DNA from: Chloroflexota bacterium | GTDB lineage: Bacteria > Chloroflexota > Limnocylindria > Limnocylindrales > CSP1-4 | DNA length: 64,000 bases | Assembly: GCA_031369685.1 (NCBI GenBank) | Contig: JANMPD010000099.1 | Span: 3,076-67,075 of the forward strand | Reading direction: 5' to 3' | In this document: positions 56,124 through 64,000 of the stretch, in pieces | Numbering within the stretch: the first letter of the stretch is position 1 | How the letters are laid out: each line of letters opens with the position of its first letter | Translations under genes and position numbers: made by a program | The notes under the pieces: model-generated | What the model saw: the letters and a program-made list of their open reading frames with translations, nothing else | What the model was told of the DNA's origin: nothing | The model's database searches: none

Positions 56124-57347
56124 ATGACTTCGAATGACAACGCTCGCCGCCTCTGCGCTCGGTGCGTGTATGACGACGGGGTCCCCGGGATCGTCTTCGA
56201 CCGTGATGGCGTCTGCAACTATTGCGCGACACATGACGCCATGGAGCGTGAGTACCCGACGGGCGAACTTGGAGCTCGCGTCCTCGATAGCATCGTCGCC
56301 AAGATCAAGGTTGCTGGCAAAGGCAAGAAATACGATTGCGTGGTGGGCGTCAGCGGCGGCTGCGATTCATCATTCCTGCTTCACAAGATGGTCGAGATGG
56401 GCCTGAGACCTCTCGCCGTTCATTTCGACAACACGTGGAACTCGCCGATCGCAACCCAGAACATCTACAACGTTCTCGACAAGCTCGGCGTCGAGCTCGA
56501 CACGCTCGTCGTCAATTCGAAAGAGTACGACGACATCTATCGGGCGTTTCTTCTCGCAGGGGTCAAAGACGTCGAAGCGCCGACGGACATCGGGCTCGCG
56601 GCGACGATGTATCGCGCCGCTGAGAAGCATGACGTCCAGTACATCATCGAAGGGCACTCGTTCCGCACGGAAGGGATCGCGCCACTGGGCTGGATCTACA
56701 TGGACGGCAAATACATTTCGAGTGTCCACCAGCGTTATGGCACGCGACCGATGAAGACCTTCCCCAATCTCGGGCTGCAGGACTTCCTTCGCTGGGCGGC
56801 TGTAAAGCGGATCAAGCGCATTCGGCCGCTCTACTACCTCGACTACGACAAGGCGGCCGCAAAGGCATTCCTGAGTTCCGAACTGGGCTGGGTCTGGTAT
56901 GGCGGACACCATCTCGAGAACCGGTTCACGGCGTTCTGGCACACGTACTTTCTGCCCCAGCGCTACGGGATCGACGCGCGCCAACTCGGGCACGCGGCAC
57001 TGGTCCGGTCCGGCCAGCTCGATCGCAACGTCGCGATCGCCGAACTGGCTGAGCCCGTCGTGGCCGACAAGGAGATCGTCGCGCTGGTCCAGAAGCGCCT
57101 GGGTTTCTCCGACGAGGAGTTCAGGATGGTGATGACGTCGCCGCACCACAACTACTGGGACTTTCCCACCTACAAGGCGACATTTGAGCGGCTGCGGCCC
57201 CTGTTCTGGCTGCTCTACAGGCTCGATCGAGTCCCCAAGAGCTTCTATATGAAGTTCACCCTGCCCGACCCGGCCCGCACCGCGGCCTTGGCATCGCGAA
57301 CGGAACCGCTCCCCAATGTCGCATCACGTCTTCATCGGCCTGACTGA
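56124..57347 (+). CDS. N-acetyl sugar amidotransferase (PP-loop ATPase, WbuX/PseA-like)
   Basis: N-terminal zinc-ribbon CxxC...CxxC. PP-loop SGGCDSS. Confidence 0.8.
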   Translation: MTSNDNARRLCARCVYDDGVPGIVFDRDGVCNYCATHDAMEREYPTGELGARVLDSIVAKIKVAGKGKKYDCVVGVSGGCDSSFLLHKMVEMGLRPLAVHFDNTWNSPIATQNIYNVLDKLGVELDTLVVNSKEYDDIYRAFLLAGVKDVEAPTDIGLAATMYRAAEKHDVQYIIEGHSFRTEGIAPLGWIYMDGKYISSVHQRYGTRPMKTFPNLGLQDFLRWAAVKRIKRIRPLYYLDYDKAAAKAFLSSELGWVWYGGHHLENRFTAFWHTYFLPQRYGIDARQLGHAALVRSGQLDRNVAIAELAEPVVADKEIVALVQKRLGFSDEEFRMVMTSPHHNYWDFPTYKATFERLRPLFWLLYRLDRVPKSFYMKFTLPDPARTAALASRTEPLPNVASRLHRPD

Positions 57348-58617
57348 CGTCGCGGGATACTTCGGGAGCCTTGCCGACGGCTTCCGATCGCTCGGCGTGC
57401 CATGTACGGTCATCGATGAGTCGCCGGACTTTTACCAGTACCGGCGACTCACCGTCCACGGGCGGCTGGGTCGAGCCCAGGCGTACATGGGCGATCGTGC
57501 CGGACGCGGCCCCTTCCGCTTGGTCTGGGGTCTCGGGCTCCTCATGCTTCGGATGGTCAGGGTTCCGCTTCGTTTGTCCGCCCTGTTGGTCGCGTTGTAT
57601 CGCTGCGACGTCTTCATTTTCACATCGGGGGATGGGTTCCTGAAAGGGCTCGAGCTGCCTCTCCTCCAACGGTTGGGCAAGCGGATCATCTGGGTCTTCA
57701 CCGGATCCGATCATCGTCCGCCCTATCTGAATGGGCGCTATATCAGGAGGGCAGAGCGGGAAGGTTGGAACTATCTCGCTGCAGAGTCGGAGCGGATCGC
57801 GGCCCGCGTAGCCCGTGTGGAGCGCCACGCGGACGTGATCGTGGCCCACGCAGCGTCTGCACAATTCCACACACGCTCGTTCGTCGACTTTTTGGCACTC
57901 GGTATTCCGGTCCCGGTGGTTGGGTCAGTCGGCGAGGCCACGATCGACGACCAGTCGGCTTCGTCCGGCCGCGTTCGAATCATGCACTGTCCGTCCGACC
58001 TTGAGTCAAAGGGCACGGCAGCGATCCGAGGGGTCATTCACTCGCTGATTCGCGATGGCTTGCCCGTTGATTACGAGGAAGTCATGGGTCGCCCGCACGC
58101 CGAAGTACTGCAGGCACTGGGCAGAGCCGACCTCCTCGTTGATGAGGTCTACGGCGATACGCCGATGGGTGTGATCGCCAGCGAGGCCGCTGCGCATGGT
58201 GTTCCGACAGTCTGTGGTGGTTACTATGCGACCATAGTGGGCGCGCTTGGACGGGATGACGATGCTCCGCCGAGCCGGTTTGTCGCGCCGGAGGACCTTG
58301 AGGCGGCGATCCGTGAGCTTGTCGTCAATGGGAACGAACGCGCGGCGTTGGGCCGCGAGGCGAGGGCGTTTGTGACGCAGCGGTGGCGGCCCGAAGGGGT
58401 CGCAGAACGCTACCTGCGGCTCCTCGATGGGTCCGTACCTTCCACCTGGCTCCTTGATCCGAACGCTCTGGACTACATCGGCGGGTGGGGCATCAGCCAG
58501 ATTGAGCGACGGTCGGCCCTCGCCGCCTTCCTCGCTTCATGTGGTGGACAGGCACTCGCGCTCCCTCCGCACTCTCCGATTCGCGGCCGCGTCATGGCCG
58601 AGATCGCCGGCCTGTGA
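57316..58617 (+). CDS. Hypothetical protein, possible GT-B-fold glycosyltransferase-like
   Basis: The C-terminal half resembles the GT1 C-domain (GVPTVCGGY...). Atypical N-terminus. Overlaps the upstream gene by 32 nt, so the start is uncertain. Confidence 0.45.
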   Translation: MSHHVFIGLTDVAGYFGSLADGFRSLGVPCTVIDESPDFYQYRRLTVHGRLGRAQAYMGDRAGRGPFRLVWGLGLLMLRMVRVPLRLSALLVALYRCDVFIFTSGDGFLKGLELPLLQRLGKRIIWVFTGSDHRPPYLNGRYIRRAEREGWNYLAAESERIAARVARVERHADVIVAHAASAQFHTRSFVDFLALGIPVPVVGSVGEATIDDQSASSGRVRIMHCPSDLESKGTAAIRGVIHSLIRDGLPVDYEEVMGRPHAEVLQALGRADLLVDEVYGDTPMGVIASEAAAHGVPTVCGGYYATIVGALGRDDDAPPSRFVAPEDLEAAIRELVVNGNERAALGREARAFVTQRWRPEGVAERYLRLLDGSVPSTWLLDPNALDYIGGWGISQIERRSALAAFLASCGGQALALPPHSPIRGRVMAEIAGL

Positions 58618-59207
58618 AAACACCACGTGCAGTTGCGGTGATCGACGACATCTATCAATCGTTGCGAGCGACCATGCGTTCAGTCTGGGACCGCGACCTG
58701 CCCCTCGTTGAGCTGCTCTTCGACCGGTGGGAACGTGCACGCAGTCTTGGTTTCGGTGAGGCGTCCAGCGCGTACCACTTGAGCTATTTCTACGGCACGG
58801 TCAAGGTCGGCGCCAATGTCTGGATCGGCCCATACACACTCATCGATGGAAGCGGCGGCGGAGTCGACATCGGCGACTACTGCGTCATCAGCGCCGGGGT
58901 GCACGTCTACACCCACGACACGGTCGCGTGGGCAGTCTCGGCCGGCAAGGCTGAACACAAGCGGGCCCCGGTTTCGATCGAGGACTGCGTCTATGTCGGC
59001 GCGCAGACCGTGATCGCGATGGGAGTAAGGGTCGGTGCACATTCGGTGATCGGCGCGAACTCATTCGTGAACCGAGACATCCCGCCGTACTCCGTTGCCG
59101 CCGGGGTCCCGTGCCGGGTCATCGGACGAGTCGAAGTGTCCGAGGTCGGTACCGTTGAGCTCATCTACTCCGGGAGCGATCGTGCGCACGGAGTGGGCGA
59201 ACGCTGA
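58614..59207 (+). CDS. Hexapeptide-repeat (LbH) sugar O-/N-acetyltransferase (LacA/MAT/WbbJ-like)
   Basis: Left-handed beta-helix hexapeptide repeats (GANVWIGPYTLIDG...VGAHSVIGANSFV). GTG start overlapping the upstream stop. Confidence 0.8.
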   Translation: MKTPRAVAVIDDIYQSLRATMRSVWDRDLPLVELLFDRWERARSLGFGEASSAYHLSYFYGTVKVGANVWIGPYTLIDGSGGGVDIGDYCVISAGVHVYTHDTVAWAVSAGKAEHKRAPVSIEDCVYVGAQTVIAMGVRVGAHSVIGANSFVNRDIPPYSVAAGVPCRVIGRVEVSEVGTVELIYSGSDRAHGVGER

Positions 59208-59264
59208 TCCCGGCTACATTCGCCAGATCGTCCTCGGGCCACACGGGCCGGCCCGGCGATCGTG

Positions 59265-60647
59265 TCAATCGACCGCCGCATCGAGTTGCTCGGCCAGTGT
59301 TCGCGCAAGATTTCGTCGATCGAAGCGGCCTTCCGGGTCGGCACCGTCTCGCGACAGACGAGCGCTCAGGAGTCGGCGTAGGCCGCCGGCCACCCCCTCG
59401 GGCGTCGGGTCCGCAACGACCGACCAACCGAGCGAATTGAGCATGTTCCTCGCATCGCCGTCCGGCACGACGGCGAGCACGGGCAACCCAAGCCCGATGT
59501 AGTCAAACAGTTTGCCGCCAACGAACATCTTGCTGCCTGGGTCGTTCGCGAGAAGGTAGAGCGCGGCGTCGGCCCCGGCTGCGGCCGCCATCGCTTCGGA
59601 TCTCGACCTGTGACCGGAGAAGGTCACGACTGTGGAGAGTCGGGGGTCGGCCAGCCATTGCCGCGCCGTTGCCGAGCTCGCCTCGTCCATCCAGCCGATG
59701 AATTCGACGCGGAGCCGATCGATCGCATTGGCATCCCGGTCGAGAAACAGGGCGACGCCCGCGAGAAAAGTGTCGAGACCTTCCTTTCCGGCCGTGAGGC
59801 TGCCTCCGTAGACCAGCCTGAAGAATCGGTCGTCACGTGCTGCCGGCACGACGGTCCGGATTTCCTCGGCGTCATAGCCGTTGGTGATCGTCGTGATCTT
59901 CTCTGAGCTGGCGGGATAGCGGGCCCGCAACGCATCAGTCAATGACGGCGTCACTGACACGACGTGTGCTGCGTTGTCGATGATCCAGCGCTCCAGCCAC
60001 CGCTGGAGGCGTCGATACGGTCCCGGCAACGGTGGCAGAAGCGAGTTCCCGACCCACGGGTCCCGAAAGTCCGCCACCCACGCGAGGCCCGTGCGACGGG
60101 CAACCAGTCCCGCCACGATGTGTCCGGTGATCGCGGGTGAGGTCGAATAGATCGCCTGCGCCGGCCTCCGCCGGTGGGCTGACAAGGCAGACCGAACGGC
60201 AAACGGAATCCAGGTCAGATGCTCGTCCGGAAACAAGACGAGGGACGCGACCCGCGAGGCGCGACTCTGCCCAGGCCTCGGAGCGTTGGCCGACGTCGGC
60301 GCTCCATCCACCGCCGGGTCGGTACTCCCGGGTCGCCGGAGGCGCCCGAGGCGTTGAAGGCGCCGGTAGATCGGCCACCACGGTTCGAAGATGAAGCTCC
60401 GTTCGATCTCAATCCCGGGAGGTAGTTTCGCGATCGCCCCCTCATCCCGGATCTCGTAGCCCGGGTTCCGCGGGGTGATGACGACCGGTTGCCAGCCGTA
60501 GTCCGGAAGATAGCGGCTGAACGTGAGGGTCCTCTGGATGCCGGCCCCGCCGAGAGGCGGATAGAAATACGCCACCATCAGCAGCCGTCTGCGTTTCGGG
60601 GCTGCAGATTGCGGGGCCAGCTCAGACTCGAGCAACGATGTCGTCAT
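59265..60647 (-). CDS. Glycosyltransferase family 4
   Basis: GT-B N-terminal domain (LLMVAYFYPPLGGAGIQ) and C-terminal GT1 domain. Confidence 0.8.
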   Translation of the reverse strand: MTTSLLESELAPQSAAPKRRRLLMVAYFYPPLGGAGIQRTLTFSRYLPDYGWQPVVITPRNPGYEIRDEGAIAKLPPGIEIERSFIFEPWWPIYRRLQRLGRLRRPGSTDPAVDGAPTSANAPRPGQSRASRVASLVLFPDEHLTWIPFAVRSALSAHRRRPAQAIYSTSPAITGHIVAGLVARRTGLAWVADFRDPWVGNSLLPPLPGPYRRLQRWLERWIIDNAAHVVSVTPSLTDALRARYPASSEKITTITNGYDAEEIRTVVPAARDDRFFRLVYGGSLTAGKEGLDTFLAGVALFLDRDANAIDRLRVEFIGWMDEASSATARQWLADPRLSTVVTFSGHRSRSEAMAAAAGADAALYLLANDPGSKMFVGGKLFDYIGLGLPVLAVVPDGDARNMLNSLGWSVVADPTPEGVAGGLRRLLSARLSRDGADPEGRFDRRNLARTLAEQLDAAVD

Positions 60648-62244
60648 TTTTGAGCGGACCGGGGACTATGGGCTGGGCCCTCCGGGCGACCTCCGGTAGC
60701 GCGGCGACCAGGCCTATCAGCAGCCACAGGTATGGCTCCTCGAAGAGGCGCCCCTCGAATTGGCTTGCGACGAAGATTGAAGTGATCCCGAGGGTAATCG
60801 CGCCGGCAGCCCTCGCCACAGGAGGCGGCGCCCTTCGGGCTGACCAAACGACCCGGGCGAGTGCCACCGCAAGCAGGATGACGGTAAGGATCCCCGGGGT
60901 CCCGGTCTCGGCCGCGATTCGAATCAGCTCGGTATGAGGGAGCGATACGGGCGCGGAGATCCGATCCGCCGGAATGAAGTCCGCATAGGGCCCCAGGATT
61001 TGCGGCTGGAAACCGCCAATGCCGATACCCCAGAGCGGATGATCCAGATACATCGCGACGCCCGCCCTGGCAAGGTATCGTCGAACCGAATCGAGCGGCA
61101 TCCGGTCGATCACCGGGTCCATCCAGAGCGGGGGTCCGACGCTGCCATTGCCAACCTGCCCAGGCCGATTGGGGTTGTCTGGATTGTTCGGGTCGGTGAT
61201 CGCACCAATCGTGTCACCAACGTCCACAGCCGTCGACGTGACCCGAACCAGTACCGTCGCATTCACGACAAGGACGAGGGCGAACCCAAACAGGGCGGCT
61301 GCCACGGGCTTGAGAGCGCGCCCCCAGGGCCGAACGAACGCAACCCAAACGACCAGCGGAACGAGTGCCACCAGCCAACCAGCCCGCGACTGGGTCAACG
61401 CCTGTCCCGCGCCGATCATGGCCGCGGTCGCCATAAGCCCAATGAATGCCCGGCCGGACAATTCGCGCAGGATCGCAATCGCGGCAAGAACAGCCAGCAG
61501 CCCGAGTGACAGGAAGCGCGATGCTATGTTCGGGTCCGCGAACGTTCCATTGCGCCGCCCAAGGACATTGAGCGCCCCCTCGCGCCAAAGATAGAAGTCG
61601 AAGACCGACTCGGCGAGTAGGACGGCGGCCACAAACGCGGCACTCAAGATCAAGGCGATCGTGATGATCCGGAGCTGACGGACATCGCGAACCGTCTCGG
61701 CAACGAAGAACGCGAACACGGCGTACGTCGCCGTTGCGGCTTCAATCCTGATCCCGTTCGGCCAACGCGTCGCCGCGAGGCTGAGCCCAGCGACGGCGAT
61801 CACAATGATGATCGCCAGGACGATCGACCGCGGGACGGGAATCAACGTGCGACGCACCGACCGTACCGCCAGTGCCACGAACCCGGCGATCATCCCAAGG
61901 CGCGAGATCTCCAGTAACTCGACCGGAAACAGCTGCTTGGATAGCTCGAGCGGCAGGGTGAGGACGATCCCTACGAGGATGGCGAGATCCGGCTCTCGTC
62001 GTGCGGCGGACCAGATCCCGGCAGGGCTCGATATGACCAGGTGCCAGCCACGCGGCCAGCCGAGCGCGATGTCGCGACCCCGTAAGCCCACCATGCGACT
62101 CCACCAGCGATCGGGGGAACGGCGGGGTGACCCCCGAACCGCGTCCATCATACTGGGCCAATTGGTCCGCCACGCGATGGACCCGTCGGTGAATCCCATC
62201 GACTCTGGTAGTGTGCAGCGCGCATGACCCCCCGATGGCGCCAC
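60622..62244 (-). CDS. O-antigen ligase/polymerase-like membrane protein (Wzy_C domain)
   Basis: At least 10 TM helices. Large periplasmic loop with a Wzy_C-like region (TQSRAGWLVALV). Overlaps the GT4 start by 26 nt. Confidence 0.7.
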   Translation of the reverse strand: MAPSGGHARCTLPESMGFTDGSIAWRTNWPSMMDAVRGSPRRSPDRWWSRMVGLRGRDIALGWPRGWHLVISSPAGIWSAARREPDLAILVGIVLTLPLELSKQLFPVELLEISRLGMIAGFVALAVRSVRRTLIPVPRSIVLAIIIVIAVAGLSLAATRWPNGIRIEAATATYAVFAFFVAETVRDVRQLRIITIALILSAAFVAAVLLAESVFDFYLWREGALNVLGRRNGTFADPNIASRFLSLGLLAVLAAIAILRELSGRAFIGLMATAAMIGAGQALTQSRAGWLVALVPLVVWVAFVRPWGRALKPVAAALFGFALVLVVNATVLVRVTSTAVDVGDTIGAITDPNNPDNPNRPGQVGNGSVGPPLWMDPVIDRMPLDSVRRYLARAGVAMYLDHPLWGIGIGGFQPQILGPYADFIPADRISAPVSLPHTELIRIAAETGTPGILTVILLAVALARVVWSARRAPPPVARAAGAITLGITSIFVASQFEGRLFEEPYLWLLIGLVAALPEVARRAQPIVPGPLKNDDIVARV

Positions 62245-63213
62245 CTCATCCTCGCCGGCCTCCTGCCTGTCCTGCTGACGGCGTGCAGCCAGACAGATCC
62301 CTCGCCCACGGCGGTTCCGCCTACAGCCGGGCCACCGTCGGCGACCCCGTCACAGGGTCAAGTGCCGACACCTTCCGCGAGCCCGACGTCGTCGCCGTCG
62401 CCCACTGAATCGGTTGCCCTGAAGGATCGGCCATTCACGGTCCTCGTTCTCGGCGCCGATCTGGAAGGGCGTACCGATGTGATCATGGTCGTTGGCGTCG
62501 ACATCAAGTCGCGACGAATCTCATTCGCATCGATACCGCGGGACACCATCAACGTCCCATTGCCGAACGGTGGGACCTTCGCCGACAAGAAGATCAATTC
62601 CTTTTACAACTTTGCCGCTGCCAGACAATCGACATACCCACAGGGACCAGCCCGAGCAACGACGGAGCTTGTCGGCGGAATGCTGGGGATCAAGATCGAC
62701 TTCACCGCCCGGACCACGTTCAGAGGGTTCGAGGGCCTGACCGACGCAATGGGCGGGGTCGGCATCACCCTGACCAAGGCGGTCGTCGACCCGTCGTATC
62801 AGGTCACGACCAGGGACGTGGGCGTGTCCTTTCCGAAGGGTTCGCAGACGCTCACTGGCAAACGCGCCCTGATCTTTGTTCGCACGCGCGGCGGAGACAA
62901 CGACTTCGAGCGCCAACGGCGCCAGCAGGCGTTCCTCCTGGCCGCCGGGCGCCAGGTGCTCGCCAAACCGACCCTCGTCGTCGCCCTGCTTGCGGCGCAA
63001 GGCAATTTTCAAACTGACTTCCCGATCACGCAGATCCCGGACCTCATCGGGGCCATCGGCAAGATCGATGGCTGGACGATCAATCAGATCGTGCTCGGCC
63101 CGCGAACCTACGAATCGGCGGCGACGTGCACCTGCGGCTACGCCCTCGAACCGAAGCTGGATGCCATGCGCAAGCTGGCCAGAAGCTTCTATCCCTGGGC
63201 CGTGCTTCCCTGA
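62224..63213 (+). CDS. LCP family protein (second LytR-CpsA-Psr ligase), lipoprotein
   Basis: Lipobox LLTACSQ. PT-rich linker. LCP motifs (TDVIMVVGVD; IPRDT; RQRRQQAF). Confidence 0.85.
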   Translation: MTPRWRHLILAGLLPVLLTACSQTDPSPTAVPPTAGPPSATPSQGQVPTPSASPTSSPSPTESVALKDRPFTVLVLGADLEGRTDVIMVVGVDIKSRRISFASIPRDTINVPLPNGGTFADKKINSFYNFAAARQSTYPQGPARATTELVGGMLGIKIDFTARTTFRGFEGLTDAMGGVGITLTKAVVDPSYQVTTRDVGVSFPKGSQTLTGKRALIFVRTRGGDNDFERQRRQQAFLLAAGRQVLAKPTLVVALLAAQGNFQTDFPITQIPDLIGAIGKIDGWTINQIVLGPRTYESAATCTCGYALEPKLDAMRKLARSFYPWAVLP

Positions 63214-63258
63214 TCCGAGGCGTCCCGGCGGTACCGGGCGAACTCGGGCTCCTGCGGG

Positions 63259-64000
63259 CTACCCGACAGTCACCCCCACCATGCCGAGGGCACTCACGCC
63301 CAGCAGCACCAGGTCCAGCGCGATGACCAGCCCGACCGCACCCCATGCGAGCACGTTCGCGATCCGGCCATTCCGATGCCGACCCATGATCCGATCGTCA
63401 TTCACCAGCAGGACCATGAACACGAGCACGATCGGGAGGAGCAGGCCCTGCAGGTTCTGCGACGCAACGATCAGCGGCAGAAGGTCCAGGCCCGGGATCA
63501 GGACGATGAGCGCTCCGACCCCAAGCACGAAGGTGTAGATCCCGAAGAATGCCCGGGCGTCCTCGAACCGCTTGTCGACGCCCGATTCCCAGCCGAACGC
63601 CTCGCAGATCACGAACGCCGTGGAGATCGGCATGATCGTGGCCGCCAGCACGGATGCGCCGAACAGTCCGACGGCGAACAGGGCCGTGGACAGTTCACCG
63701 GCCACCGGGCCGAGCGCCCGTGCTGCCTGCTCGGCGGTGTCGATGTGCCCTCCGACCGCGAAGACCGTCGTTGCCGTGGCCACCACGATGAACACTGCGA
63801 TGACGTTCGTCCAGATCGCCCCGCCGATGGCGTCCGCCTGTTCGAGGCGGAGTTCCTCCTCGTCGATGCCCTTCTCGGCCACGGCACTCTGGAGATAGAA
63901 CTGCATGTACGGGGTGATGGTCGTGCCGACGAGGGCGACCATGAGGAGGATCACGGCGGGGGACAGATCGAAGTTGGGGCTGACCATGGCGGTAGCGACG
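63259..64000 (-). CDS. mntH: Nramp family divalent metal (Mn2+/Fe2+) transporter, C-terminal part (3' partial at the window end)
   Basis: Nramp TM6-11 features (GTTITPYMQFYLQSAV; GAIWTNVIA). The frame is open to the window end. Confidence 0.8.
   Translation of the reverse strand, partial: VATAMVSPNFDLSPAVILLMVALVGTTITPYMQFYLQSAVAEKGIDEEELRLEQADAIGGAIWTNVIAVFIVVATATTVFAVGGHIDTAEQAARALGPVAGELSTALFAVGLFGASVLAATIMPISTAFVICEAFGWESGVDKRFEDARAFFGIYTFVLGVGALIVLIPGLDLLPLIVASQNLQGLLLPIVLVFMVLLVNDDRIMGRHRNGRIANVLAWGAVGLVIALDLVLLGVSALGMVGVTVG

Noticed and set aside
1-64000. Search for CRISPR arrays, transposases/integrases, rRNA or tRNA
   Set aside because: No regularly spaced direct repeats with unique spacers and no transposase or integrase-like ORFs were seen. 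No tRNA or rRNA could be confidently recognised by eye; a tRNAscan/Infernal run would be needed to exclude small RNAs.

Overview
This is a high-GC (~70%) chromosomal window from a bacterium. It is densely coding, uses many 4-nt ATGA/GTGA start-stop overlaps (translational coupling), and shows no transposases, integrases or CRISPR arrays. The main blocks are as follows.

(1) 880-3586, minus strand: an operon of three secreted proteins or lipoproteins.

(2) 3690-7543: a cobalamin-riboswitch-controlled BtuF/FecCD/FecE-type ABC importer operon that ends in a lipoprotein of unknown function. A class I/II aminotransferase follows.

(3) 9361-13627: a small accessory block with a VOC/glyoxalase, a GcvT-family aminomethyltransferase, a frameshifted PLP-dependent decarboxylase and a VapBC toxin-antitoxin pair.

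(4) 13741-19973: two tandem CrtI-like FAD oxidoreductase paralogs followed by a large ATPase-LuxR (LAL) regulator.

(5) 21934-29554: housekeeping genes, namely an AI-2E transporter, trpS, hom-thrC-thrB, a dienelactone hydrolase and a GNAT.

(6) 30046-42742: aspartokinase, birA and an ECF sigma/anti-sigma pair, then an unusually organised fatty-acid-synthesis cluster: accD-accA-(lysine-less BCCP paralog)-accC-fabZ-(metallophosphoesterase)-fabF-accB-fabH-fabG.

(7) 42765-63213: a large cell-envelope glycan locus. It contains PglF/PglE/PglC-like enzymes, a WbuX/WbuY/WbuZ-like acetamidino-sugar amidotransferase set, a second dehydratase/aminotransferase pair, a Wzx flippase, a Wzy/O-antigen-ligase-like protein, several glycosyltransferases, a methyltransferase, an acetyltransferase and two LCP family ligases.

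(8) 63259 to the window end: a partial Nramp transporter.

The strongest candidates for undescribed biology are: the biotinyl-lysine-less BCCP paralog inside the ACC operon; the riboswitch-linked unknown lipoprotein; and the palindrome pair, small ORFs and 15-mer array upstream of aspartokinase.
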